Position numbers and translations under genes: made by a program
In this document: positions 10,445 through 22,513 of the stretch, in pieces
How positions within the stretch are numbered: the stretch's first letter is position 1
How the letters are laid out: each line of letters opens with the position of its first letter
Assembly: GCF_018977255.1 (NCBI RefSeq)
Contig: NW_024705341.1
Span: 1 to 52,889 of the forward strand
DNA: 52,889 bases
Source of the DNA: Callorhinchus milii
Taxonomy: Eukaryota
Direction of reading: 5' to 3'
The notes under the pieces: model-generated
The model's database searches: none
What the model was told of the DNA's origin: nothing
What the model saw: the letters and a program-made list of their open reading frames with translations, nothing else

Positions 10445-11337
10445 ATGGGGTTGGAGGGAACCAGTTTGTGTCTGGTTCTCGCTGCCATTTTAATAGGTAA
10501 TTTATTATAACAATTATAAATCTTTCAATTATTTTTTAAAATCATTTAACTGATTCGGTTTCCTTTTCTGCTCATATTATTAAACATATTAATAATTGTA
10601 ATCGTGCTTTATATGGCGCTTCAATGTGTTTTCGAGCAGTCTCAAGGCGCTTCAAGTAATAGACTCAATTGCAGAGACTTTCTGTTTCGCGGTGGAGACT
10701 CGGTAGCCAATTCCGCACAGTAGTGTCCCCCAAATAATCAACGATTCACTGACTACATTTTAAATGTCTGTTATTTTCTTTTTGAACGGAATATTATTCC
10801 CGGATTGGGATCAACTAATTGTTTAACCAACATATTTCTACTTAGTGTTGGGTAATGAGAGGTGGGTGCGTTAAGGAAATTAGCCTAAGATTATGCCCTG
10901 TCCTGTCCCGGAATCGAACCCGGCTCTTGTCGCTTGCGAGGCGAGCGCTCTAACTACTGAGCTACAGGGCTGCACGTTCTTATCTTTCAGGCCTGACCCA
11001 GGGAGACTATGTGACACAGAAGGTGGCTTCATTGACTGGGAAAGAAGGAGGAAGTGTGACCATGGAATGCCATTATGATACGTCTCTGAGCTACTACTAT
11101 TTACACTGGAATCGGGAACAACAAGAAACACAACCACAGTATGTGCTTCAAAAGGGTTCTGGTAGTGATACGTATAAAGCAGACTTTGCTGAAAAGCGGT
11201 TCTCTATTGAGCTCCAAACCTCGACAAAATTCACCAGTTTAACCATCTCCCTGTTGGAGCTGTCTGACAGCGCTGTGTATTACTGTGCTCTCCAACCACA
11301 CAATGATGGGAACAAAACAGAGACTCGTACAAAAACT
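10445..11337 (+). CDS. V alpha/delta gene, apparently functional (leader 10445-10496, V exon 10991-11298, RSS 11299-11337)
   Basis: Leader MGLEGTSLCLVLAAILI with phase-1 gtaat donor; V = LTQGDYVTQK...VTMECHY...LHWNRE...FAEKRFS...LELSDSAVYYCALQP; cacaatg-23-acaaaaact. Confidence 0.9.
10880..10975 (-). mobile_element. tRNA-derived SINE head in V intron (antisense)
   Basis: ggaatcgaacccgg...gcttgcgaggcgagcgctctaactactgagctac is the reverse complement of the SINE head. Confidence 0.75.
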
Positions 11338-11934
11338 CAGAGCGTTTAGTGGGTTTGTGCTTCTGTCTCTCTGGGCCGCAGCAGCGATTTCCTGTGGGAA
11401 GGGAGACGAGTCAGAGACATAAAGAGAACATCACATTAACAGCTCATCTGACTGTCAAACAAACAACTCAATGATCCCATGAACTCAACTGATCATGCAA
11501 TAACCGTGGTTAGAGCACATAACTCGCTAGCGAGGGATATGTGTTTCTCCCTGCTGGGAGATTCCCGATTCCCGACTCCCGGCAGGGAGAAATGTTGGGC
11601 AAGTTTCCTTACTGCCCAAACCGCCGTTTAGCGAGCAGTAGATATGAACCTGACTGGCGGATTGCTATTCCGCCGGTAATAATTCCCTCAAAAGTATAAT
11701 AATGGTAAACATTTTGGTCAGTCCATCCACGTCTATTTATGGTGAACTGCTGTGCGGTATCATCTGCCTCGATTCGCTCACAAAATATAATGCCACTACA
11801 CTATATAACAGACGATGTGAGGCCGTTTGCGTCGCCTGGAAAATGTGATAATATGCTATATCAAATGGAACGATTATTGTTATATTATTTTGATGATCAG
11901 TCTGCTAGTTATCTCTACGGGCTTCGCTGTTACC

Positions 11935-12125
11935 AGGAGCTGAAGGGAGGATTCCCTGCCTCCAGTGACTGGTGAAAACCGCTGTATAAAAGCAATTGGT
12001 TGTTGCGTTGAAACGCGGCTAAGATGCCATTGACGTGACACTGTAGCTCCGCCATTGCCGACAATCACAGCGGGTTATCATCAAACCGATGGCACAGACA
12101 GAACCACACAGAATAAAGAGCAGCA
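11935..12125 (+). promoter_or_regulatory. Conserved promoter block of 'Va' V family
   Basis: gtgactggtgaaa-ccgctgtataaaagcaattggttg...gagatgccaatgaggtgacgtgagactgtggctccgccaatgccgacaatcactgcgggtta recurs at about 23660 (truncated), 25640, 28165, 30500 and 49735; CRE-like tgacgtga and CCAAT boxes. Confidence 0.65.
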
Positions 12126-13165
12126 ATGAGGCTGTTTGCTGTCTGTCTGGTGCTGGGAAGCTTTATGTCAGGTGAGGTCGTGTTGAGCTGATTCACAGTT
12201 GCTACTGATGGTCAGCTTTATTTCAGCAACTACTGGTTGAGTCCTATATCTTGGTGGAGAGAGCAATCGCCTCGCTGAGCGAGACAACCCGGGTTCGATT
12301 CCCGGACAGAACAGGGCGAAACCTTAGTCAAGTTTTCTTACCCCACTCAGAAGCCTCTGGTTATCCAGCAGCAAGAACGACACTGGTTGCTTCATTACCC
12401 TTTGAACATGAGGGGATATAACTACCAAATGATGATAATGTCTCAAACTATTTTATTGGATTGGTGGATTGCTTTTCCGGGGATAATAATCGCCTTACAG
12501 AATTAAAATTAAATATAACAACCCAGTCCACGTCTAATTGTCGGACACTACTGTGCGCAATGGCTGCTGCCTTTCGCAAATAAAAATACACAGCAATTAG
12601 ATTTACAGTATATTGTGTGCAGCGCTTTCAGAATTCCCAAACAATGTGATAATCCGATATGTTGAACATAGCGATTATTACTGTTACTTTATTACAATTG
12701 AAGTCTACATGGAATCTTTCTCATGAGGATAACGTCACAAGGCGCTGAGAAATTAATTCAGGCAATTTTTTAATAATATAATGTCGTATCTTCCACGTTT
12801 ATTACAAAACTCTGCCGTGGGGACCCTGTCAGTCAGAAAGGTGCCGTGATGTTTAAGAAAGTGGGAGACACCGTGACTTTTGAATGTACCTATTCCACGA
12901 CTGAAAGCTATTACTATCTCTTTTGGTACCGACATTACCCAGATAAACAGCCACAATTTATAGTGCGAAGAAATTCACGTTACCATGAGGAAAGGAAAGG
13001 AGATGGAATTGGAAATGTTTACACTGCACATCTTGACGCTTCCCAATCTGTCACCAGATTATCCATCTCTGAGCTGCTGTTGTCTGACAGCGCTGTGTAT
13101 CACTTTGCTGTCTCTCCCTATATCCCCACAGTGATGGGAAGCAACCACAGCCTCGTACAATAACT
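12126..13165 (+). pseudogene. V alpha/delta 'Va' copy 1 (leader 12126-12171, V 12808-13126, RSS 13127-13165)
   Basis: Leader MRLFAVCLVLGSFMS intact; acceptor AG mutated to AA (12806-07); second Cys changed to Phe (SAVYHF); cacagtg-23-acaataact. Confidence 0.85.
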
Positions 13166-13499
13166 AAACTGGCATTCTGAGCTTGGTCTGGCTATCTGAT
13201 CAAACCTGTGCGTGTTCAGTCTCAATCTTTGTGTGCAGCGAGCTGCAGGGGAAGCCACATCTACCACAATCCAGTCTGTCTGCTGAAGATCCTCCTAACT
13301 ATGTGTCACAGTAACTGCAGAGAGTAAAGTTGACAGGCAGTTAGTTGCAGCAGTCCACGCTTCTGTTGATTAACTGTGCTCTGCAAATGCAGCAATACCA
13401 ACCCATTTGGAAAATTTGAGACGTCCTCTGGCATGGAGGGCGCTATATAAATCCAAGTTGTTTTTGTTGTTGTTGTTGAATATTGTTCGTTTGACTGTA

Positions 13500-13960
13500 A
13501 GGAAGTAGAAGAAATTCCGTATCATTGGTGGGGTGGATGGGTTGGGAGTTTTGGAGGGGCTGAGAGCGTGTGGTAAGAGCTGGGCAGGTTGGGAACTGTA
13601 GACCGTGATCTGGGAGGAGTTGATGGTAGCTGCGGTGGTGGGAAGCTGGGCAACTTCCTGGGGAATAGGAGGAAAGACGTTGGGAAGCGGTGGTTGAAGA
13701 GGTGGTTGCTCAGATGGAGTGTGTAGATCCGAAAGGAATACTGATGGTGCACGGCTTCGTGTCTGCTCTCAATGTGTACCCGGGTAAATCTAAACCAATT
13801 TGTATGTTTCACCAATAAACTCATCCCGAGACAACACAGACACTGACATTCTTCTGAAACACCATTAGATGCCGCCATCAGCATTACACTAATACTGACT
13901 CTTATACAGCGGATTACACATCGGGAGCACTCCTCATAAGCACTTAGTAAGTAATGCGGA
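13500..13960. mobile_element. Interspersed repeat of unclear class
   Basis: cgggtaaatctaaaccaatttg...aactcatcccgagac...gaaacacc-ttagatgccgccat recurs at about 33740-34200. Confidence 0.45.
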
Positions 13961-15202
13961 GTCCTGTAGATTAATGGTGAGAGGAGGTCAGAGGACTTGG
14001 GCCGTGCAGGATTGGATTCCCAGGTAAGATTCCTGTCTCCATACACGCCTTCGTTTACCTAACAGTAAGTTGGAACATACTTGTCAGTCCATTGGCGGAT
14101 CGCTTACCGGGGGGTCAATAATCCAAATATATTATTTTCTTTAAAATGTCCGTAAATACATAAGCAAAATATGAACTTCGTCCCTCAATCCACGACTCAC
14201 TGTGGGACACTGCTACGGACAATTATCCGATTCAATTTACCAACAATATGTAAAGTCAATCAACTATTCAACATAATTTGTGAAGTGTTTTGAGTCGTGA
14301 TATCGATCAATATATTATGCAAGCGTTAGCATGTTTATCAGCGAAAAACTGGCTTCAATGATAAAACTATTCCTTTCTATCACATACAGCGACAAACTGC
14401 TTGGCCCTCCAAGTCCACCGTTCAAGAAGTGAAATAATCGCAAACTTCTGATAACACCGGTAATCAGCTTCTCTTTACACCCTCTAAATCAGGTCAATGT
14501 TCAAGGAGAGTGACGTTTGCGAAAACAATTAATTATAATAACACTCCTTACATTTTATACAAAGCCTCATCGCGTCATCCATACCGTCACAAAGCGCTTC
14601 ACATAGTATATAGTAAAGCGTAGTGACTGTATGTTTGGTGGGCAAAACGCGCCAAACGTTTGGTGCATTTCGCCTACAAAACGCGGCGTCCCACACACAG
14701 TCATGGATGAGCAACCAAATTATTATTATGATGATGCTGGGATTTTTGCCCATGCCAAGCGAATGAACATTTAACAACCAAGCGGGTTTCCACTTACTGC
14801 CAGATAGACAGATGTGTGTGTGTGTGTGAGTGTGTGTGTATTTGTGTGTATATATGTGTGTGTTGAGAAAGGAAAATTTCCTAAGGTTTCAAAGAAAGAC
14901 AGTCAGACAGACAGACAGATTGGCCGAGTCACAGATAAATATTAAGTCTTGATTTTCAAACAGTACCTTATTATGTCGTTGAGGAGCCCCATCACACAGA
15001 CGTTGTCCTATTCCCAGTGTCAGTTTATTGACTTCCTCTCATTGGCTCCACGTCAGTTGTCCATTCATTCCTAATGGAGTGGTCAAAATTCAACAGAAAA
15101 GCCTCGTCTTCCGCCTTCTGCTCTCAGTCACAGAACAGCTCTGTGTTACTCACAGTCACTCTGAGGTGTCCGGGGCTGACGGTATCTCTCAGCGGTGAGA
15201 GA

Positions 15203-15967
15203 ATGCCTCTCCTCTGTATCTACATCTCCTTCCTCTTCTTACAATGTAAGTGTTTGTTTCCATAACACAGCACTACACAGCACCAGTGAATATCATCCTA
15301 ACAATGTGCTATATAATAATTACAATAATGATCCTTGCGTTGATATACTGCTTTATCACTTCGATGAGACGTTTTAAGGTTCTTCTCGGAATATATTGTG
15401 AAGTGAAATAACTACGTTGCTTGTGGCGGGAATTAGACAGGGAATTGGTATTAATTATATTCTGATAATTATATTATATATAAAATTATTTATATGAATT
15501 GATATTATAATGAAATTGTACATCGTGATTATATTATGTTAATTGATATCAATCAAAATCAAGCCAAAGCTTGGGGTGTAAATTTTATAGAAGCGGTCAG
15601 CATTGCAGACGTTTTTGACTGATGTTATGTTGTGTATAATTTTCAGATGTTTTCAGTGCCTCAGTAAAGCAGACCCCATCCTCTGTTAGGAAAGAAGAAT
15701 GCGAGGCTTTGACCATCAGCTGTGTCTTTGAAGCAGGATCCTTTGATAGTTTCATGAACATGGAATTTTTTATGCAATTTGGAAAGGGGGCAAACTGGAA
15801 TCCCATCCCTCGTGAAGGAAGGTTTGTTGTAAAGACAGACATGGGATCGAAGTCGTCTTCTCTGGAAATTAATGATTTGAAAGTGGAAGACAGCGCTGAC
15901 TACAGATGTACAGCTCGATACTGGTATAGCACAATGCTGTATCTGGGCTTCCGACAATACAAAAAAC
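15203..15967 (+). CDS. NAR-TCR V gene 2, intact (leader 15203-15245, V 15647-15929, RSS 15930-15967)
   Basis: Leader MPLLCIYISFLFLQ; V = VFSASVKQTPSSVRKEECEALTISC...NMEFFMQF...IPREGRFVVKTD...LEINDLKVEDSADYRCTARYWY; cacaatg-22-acaaaaaac. Confidence 0.9.
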
Positions 15968-16292
15968 CCCTTCACCAACTCACAGGAGAATCTCAGAGAA
16001 TGTGAACTCCTCAATGTTTCAATACACATTCCTCACTGGTATGTGATGCACAATGATGTGTAATAGCACTTCCTTCAGAAAACGACTTCTGTTTAAGAAT
16101 ACTTAGGAAAAGTGAGTGAGTATGAATCTGACGTAATAGCTTTTCTTGGATTCATGTAACTAGCAATTTATTGCAAAGACAGACAGCATGCAAAGACCTC
16201 CATGGACAATATACTAAAGAACTTTACGGTTATGTCACTGATTGATCATTTTTAAATGGCAGGAAACATTTTAATTGTTTCTTCAAACCATT

Positions 16293-16362
16293 GCTTTTTG
16301 TGTTGACGTAAAACAATGTGTTAGCTGGGGAAGGCACACTGGAAAACATCAGCACAAATACC
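16293..16362 (+). other. NAR-TCR D segment 2 (coding 16321-16334), 12/12 RSS
   Basis: gctttttgt-12-caatgtg | ttagctggggaagg | cacactg-12-acaaatacc. Confidence 0.9.
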
Positions 16363-16674
16363 GTACAGGTATTTACTTGTAAATGCATCGGGCGTGTCAC
16401 TGATGATGGTGTCCTATTCTGCGTTGTTCAGTGTGTCGAAATTTTGCTTTCGAAATATATTACTTCAAGCAGATGTTTGCTGGAGCTTTAGAGAAAAATG
16501 GTCTCATTGCCGTGCACTTGTCTGCGTTTGGGTGGAAATAGTATCGAAATTAAACATGATTTGGAAGCACAAAATATTTGAAGATGGGACAGTGTTGGAG
16601 TGATAGCAATTAATGACCAATTTGAAATCAAATGATGTTATTGGTGACTGTATTACACCATGAACTGATTGCAC

Positions 16675-16767
16675 TGTTTTTGCACCTTTTAGATTGAGAG
16701 CTGTGTGACTGTGGTTATAAAGAATATGCCGAAGATGGATCACCAACCAAAGTAACCGTAACGAAAA
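16675..16767 (+). other. NAR-TCR J segment 2 (coding 16714-16767)
   Basis: tgtttttgc-23-gactgtg; YKEYAEDGSPTKVTVTK; phase-1 gtaagt donor. Confidence 0.9.
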
Positions 16768-16904
16768 GTAAGTGAGAAATACATCTGCAAATTTGCAGTT
16801 CACATCAATTTAATTCACATGAATTAGTAAAATGCTTTATTCGAAGTCACTGCTCCCAAATATATACAACTGAGCCATTTCAACAAACCAGTTGACCGAT
16901 TAAA

Positions 16905-17150
16905 ACGTTTCCACTCGCCAGTGGTTCGGTAATTAGAGAACCTATTTGTAAGATTAAACAACACGAGGGTAGATAATGAGGATTTATTTGCAATCTGTGA
17001 AAGGGAGCTGGAAGCAGATTCGATAATACATTTCAGAAGGGGAATAAAGTACAAGGTAATGTGAAAAGCTCGTGGGAGTGGAATTGGTTGGACAGCTCTT
17101 CCGAAAGCTGGCTCAAACAAAATGGGTCGAATTGCCTACTTCTGTGGTTA
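16905..17150 (+). mobile_element. CR1-like 3' end fragment
   Basis: gaagcagattcgataata...aaatgggtcgaattgcctacttctgt is similar to the other CR1 tails in the window. Confidence 0.6.
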
Positions 17151-17200
17151 ACATTTCATAATTCCATGATGATATGTGACTTTTAATGTGCCTTCTGTAG

Positions 17201-17540
17201 GATCGAGGTTTACAGTTTCCCAGTCACCGCCTGAACAAACTGCTGTTGCTGGTGAGAGGATAAATGTACATTGCCAATATTCAGGATGCTGCGGTCAGGA
17301 CTTCAGCGTCTCCTGGTACCGTCAGTCCCCTGGTGAGACACTGGAATATCTGCTCCACAGAAAACCCTCAGTAGAGGGAGGAAACCCCACTGGAGGTCAT
17401 ATTCTGCTTCTCTTGACACTGCCAAGAAAATCAGCGTTTTAACCATCGCCGGCCTGCGGCTGACAGACTCCGCTATGTATCACTGTGCACTCAGTCTGCA
17501 CCACAGTAATACACATCATAGGAAGCCTCGTACAATAACA
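17201..17540 (+). pseudogene. Supporting V-delta 2 (frameshifted)
   Basis: Exon 17201-17501; CQYSGCCGQDFSVSWYRQ; 1-nt deletion near 17403 (catattctg versus catatttctg in paralogs); cacagta-23-acaataaca. Confidence 0.85.
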
Positions 17541-18784
17541 CTCATCACAGCCAAAGCTGGAAAACAGTACAGTACAGTTAATGACAGACAGTGTAACAGA
17601 CCCTCTCACAACTGCCACCGTATCTTACAAAATATTGATAATTTACTTACTGTATATTTGGATTGTTCTTCACTTTTAGACAGCAAATTGTGATAAATAT
17701 TTGTTAAAAGTTATTATTAACCATAACAAAAACGTTATAAAAAATGAATAATCCTTGTATTTGATTTCGCGACTTATCACGTATTTAGACGTCTCATAGC
17801 GCTTAAGAGAACATACTGTCAACTTAACTGACTGTACATTTTGCAGTAAAATCGCCGCAGCCTATTGTCCGTTCGATAGAGTGAGAGTGGAGCTTCAGTA
17901 TTCTGTAGGATGGCTGTCGTTAAAATATTAATATGATCCAAATGGCAAGAGTTAAAAAATATATGACATTAATATTCACACCGAGTTTTTGTGAGGTTAT
18001 ATTTTACTGTCAGTAGAATCGTGTGCCTGAGTAGTTAGATAACTCGCATCGCAAGCGAGAGGAACTATGTTCGAATCCCAGGCTGGGCCAGATGTTGGTT
18101 TCCTTAATCCACACACACTTCTGTTTATCAGCGGTGAGCAGGAACCCGTTTGTTAGTAGGTTGGTGGATTATTTCCCGAGGCAATGAGCCAAACATTAAA
18201 AAAAACTGACTAATCCTTGCATATAATATGATGTGTTTGATTCGTAGCTTAAATAATAATCGTTTGGTCACTCAATACACGACTGTTGGTGGGACTCTGC
18301 TGTGCGCTTCAGCAGAAAACGCACAATCACTCTATCAATTTCAAGGATTATTATTATGCTACTTAGAGTAGTTGAATTCAGGATAATAAATAATTTGAAA
18401 TGGCATTGAATGGATAACCGAAATATAGAATTACATTGGTTGAGAGGGAAACTTGGGTGTGACTTGATTTATGTTACAATATCAATTTGATTATTTGACA
18501 ACCCAGCATAGAAAATGAATCATGGAGGTGAAGGAACTATATTCCTCGCATACAATGCCTTTCGGTGTTGAGTATGTCTCAAAACGCTTCGCAAAGTTAC
18601 ATTGTAAAGTAGAGTGACCATCAATTTTGTGGGATAGCTCAGCAGCCTATTTGAGCTTTTAAATAATGTGAGCTGTCAAAATCATTATGATTGGGACTCA
18701 TCTTTCTGGCTAATTCTTAAACAGTTTGGCGATTTACCTCTGGCCTTTGCCTGACAGTGAATAACGTGTTCTCACTGGCTGTAG

Positions 18785-19106
18785 GGACAGAGAATGGAGA
18801 CAGCGTTGAACCATCACAGCTGGAAATGTCTGTTACTGAAGGGCAGACTGTAACCCTGAGCAGCACCCACTCTGCTGATTTCACCAGCAGTATTCAGGAG
18901 AAACTCCTCTGTACACAACGAGATATGGTTATGATGGGGACACTTTCAGTGCTGAATTTCACACAACGTTTCACAGCTAATCCGGACACGAACAGGAAAA
19001 GAACCACTGTAACTGCGCTCCCCATGGATCTATCTGATCAGGCCTTGCATTACTGTGCCATTAAACACAAGGTGTTACTGTCAGACTACACCACTGTACA
19101 TAAACC
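18785..19106 (+). pseudogene. 'Vx' copy 2
   Basis: First Cys changed to Ser, WYRQ region deleted, heptamer caaggtg, 23 spacer, acataaacc. Confidence 0.8.
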
Positions 19107-20895
19107 TCCAGAGAGGCGAGGAAGAGATTCATCTCAGCACAGCTGTTACGAATGACAGTTGACCCATTTGACAAATTGTGACTTTCAGCCGTGTATCTCA
19201 GGGCAAACATGTGTCTAATTTCTAACCACAAGCAATATTAGATAGAACGGTTCATGTAGGGGAAGAGTGAAATAAATAATAATAATCGTTACATTTGATA
19301 CACTTAACATGTCATGGACACGTCTAAATCTGCTTCACTGGAGTTAGTCTAATCGGTGTTCACTTAATTGACGGAAAGTTGTTGTTACTTCAGAATATAT
19401 CTTATGGAGTACTTTAAGATATCCATCTTTCTCAAAAGTTTTGCAGATTTGGAAAAAGAATTTCGGGCGAATGGGATCAGTCTCGGATCACTGCATTCAG
19501 TTGAGGGAATTTTTTTTACCTCAATGTTTTGTATATCAAACATTGTGGAAACTGCTGTTAAAATTCTGTCCAATCTCTAAATTGATATTCTCTGTTACAC
19601 CTGTGTTAACAGATTAAACGTTTACGTGTTCAGATTTTTTCCCCCTGTGTTTCCTAGTGAAGAATATTATGCTAAGATTAAAGACACATTTTGTTCTGTC
19701 AGATGCAATTAGGACCAAGATTCAGATTCGGCCGTAGACTTTGGAATATTGAACAAATATATGAGATTGGACAGGATATTTTTTTTCTTCAGAGCAAATT
19801 TGTCACTTTAACTGAGAGGGCGGAAGACAGCGAATAATCCGGAGATCAAAGACCGTTAGGAAGGTACCATATCAAACAAAACTCTTTTCATAAATGGATG
19901 CTAATAGAGCCAGAACCTAAGACGAGAATGCTGATGGATGTCTGTTCTCATTCATTATATTCATGCGGTTTATTTTTATAAAAAGAAAGGATTGTCTTTG
20001 ATTTTCACTTGTGTTGCCTCAGTTTATTTATTACACATGTGGCAATTTTGAGTTGTTTGCGGGCTCAGTGTTTAGACCTGTTTTGCCCTGTTGTGGAATC
20101 AAACACAGGTCTTTCGCCTCGAAAGCGAAAGACCTGTGTTTGATTCCCCAACAGGGCAAAACGTTGGGTAATAATAATAATCCTTGCATTTCATATAGCG
20201 CTTTTCACGTCGGGAGGACGTCCAAAAGCGCTTCACAGAATACACTGTAAAGTGAATTGACTATATTTGTGGGCGAACGCAGCAGCCAATTGCGCACAGC
20301 AATGTCGCACAAACAGTCGTAAATTGAAAATGACCGATTTATTATTGTTTTTGTTTTTTGGAGGGATTATCATTAGATGTGTGGAGTAAGGAAATTTGCC
20401 CAAGGTTTCGCATTGCCTGGAATTGAACTCAGGTCTCTTACTTGCAAAGCAAGTGCTCTAAACACTGAGCTAGAGGACTCCACAAGTATACATTTCCTTA
20501 CTACACACACTGCGGTTTACCGAGCAGCAAGAAGGAATCCAGATATCAGTCGTTTGGCGGATCACTTTTCCAGGGGTAATAACTGCTTGTAAAAAAATAA
20601 ATGAATTGATCGGTTTAATCCACGACTGTTTGTACAAATCATTGTGTACAGAGTTGTGTACCGTTAACCTTTGAAGAAACCAATGTCCAAAGCAATTGAG
20701 AAAGATTGACGTGTCAAATTTTTCGACATGATAAAAATATCATTGATTGGAAAGCGTTTCTGATTTCGTAGCTGCTCTGTACTTTACGTATTGGACGATC
20801 TAAATGACACTCACGTCATCACTGTGGGGGTTGGAGCCAATTACCTCAAATAACTTACAGCTAATCAATGGGCATCTGCAGATAGACCTCAGACG

Positions 20896-21749
20896 ATGGA
20901 GGGACTTATGATCTGGGTGACGCTGGCTACCTTTATGATAGGTAATATATTCAGGCATATCACTCATGGTTCAATCAATTTTCAAAATTGATTGCACAGC
21001 AATTATTAGCGGAGTGATTTAGCTCTTTGCTCAGAGCGCTCACTCGCAAGCAAGACGCCCTGGTTCGATTCCTGGCAAGGAGAAACATTGGGCACATTTC
21101 CTCACGCCACGCAGAGCAAGTCGGAAGCTGTTTGTTCGCACGATTGGCCGATCGCCTAATGCGGGCAGTAATAAATTCAAAATATAATATTATTGATAAA
21201 TTGGTCACATTATCCACAACTATTTGCTTTGCGCAATTGCCTGCCGCGTTGGCCCATGAAACGTACTCTCAGTTTGCTTTAAAATATATTCTGTGAAGCG
21301 CTTTGGAACGCCTCGAAGACGGGATGAGTCTGCATATCAAATGTAAGAGTTATTTATTGATTAAATCTGTTCAATGTTATTTCTGTTTTACACTTGTGTT
21401 TCAGCTTTGACCCTGGAAGATTCTTTGACTCAGTCGGTGCCTTCAGTGACAGAGGCAGAAGGAGCAAAGGTGACTTTGGACAGTAATTATGCTACATCAC
21501 TGAGCAGCTATTGCTTATACTGGTACCGGCAGCTCTCGGAGAGACAACCCGAGTATATCCTAGTGAGGTGTACAAGTTCTTTCGAAAATAAAGCTAGTTT
21601 TGCCAAAATCCGTTTCTCGGATGAGCTGCAGATCTCGACAAAATCCAGCAAATTAACCATCTCTCAGTTACAGCTGTCTGACTCCGCTGTGTATTACTGT
21701 ACAGTCAGACCCACAGTGATGAAAAGAGTCACAGCCTCGTACAATAACC
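20896..21749 (+). CDS. V alpha/delta 'Vb' copy 1, open but lacking Cys23 (leader 20896-20941, V 21405-21711)
   Basis: Leader MEGLMIWVTLATFMI; KVTLDSNYATSLSSYCLYWYRQ...LVRCTSS...LQLSDSAVYYCTVR; cacagtg-22-acaataacc. Confidence 0.8.
21005..21350 (+). mobile_element. tRNA-derived SINE in Vb intron
   Basis: Head cgcaagcaagacgccctggttcgattcc, tail tgtgaagcgctttggaacg...caaatgtaag; orthologous copy in the Vb2 intron at about 47225-47570. Confidence 0.7.
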
Positions 21750-22500
21750 CTCCTAGCGTTGTGAGGTAGCGCTGAGGCGAACAGTGTGTTTTCAGGAAGT
21801 CTTTCTGGCAGGAACGACGTTCACCACAAGTCAATCTGTCTGCTGCAGATTCACAGAACTGTGAGTCATTATAAACGCTGAGGATCAAACAGTTAGCGTA
21901 TCGTCCAAGACAGGCAACGTCTTTTGGTTCACTGTGGGCTACAAGTACAACAATAAAAGCCATTTGATCTATTTCTTTTTTGACTCCAATACATGCAAAA
22001 AACAAACAAAATGCAGTCCCCCAGTGAAAACAGTACATACCGTACTGCGAAACGCTTTGAAACTCTCACGACAAAACAATAATAGTATGCAAAAAACATA
22101 AACTTTGCATTTGGTACGAACCAAAATCGCCTTACCGCATCTTCGAGATGTTTCAAAGTGAACTTCAGGCAATTTGCGCACTGACATATCCCATAAAGAG
22201 CCCGGGAAATGGATTGGATAAGTCACTGTGAAGATGTGGAGTTTGTGGAGATCTTGAGCATATAGAATACCGCACTGGGCTCACAATTCAGAAAACCTGA
22301 ATTCGATTTTCAGTCAAGCCGATACATTGGGCAAGTTTTCTTCCTCTACGCGACCCTGTTTACCGAGCAGAAAGGAGAAACTCGGCAGTGCGTTGCTTTA
22401 TGGATATGCAAGACACTGTAAACACTTTATTATTTCCACCACTGTTTCAATTCAAGTTGTGCATCAAATGTGAAGGCAGAGGGAAACTGTGGCGCATTTG

Positions 22501-22513
22501 CCAACAGAGGGCG
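22501..22513 (+). promoter_or_regulatory. Candidate CTCF site (best match)
   Basis: tg-ccaacagagggcg-ac fits the CTCF core, preceded by an upstream-module-like actgtggc. Confidence 0.55.
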
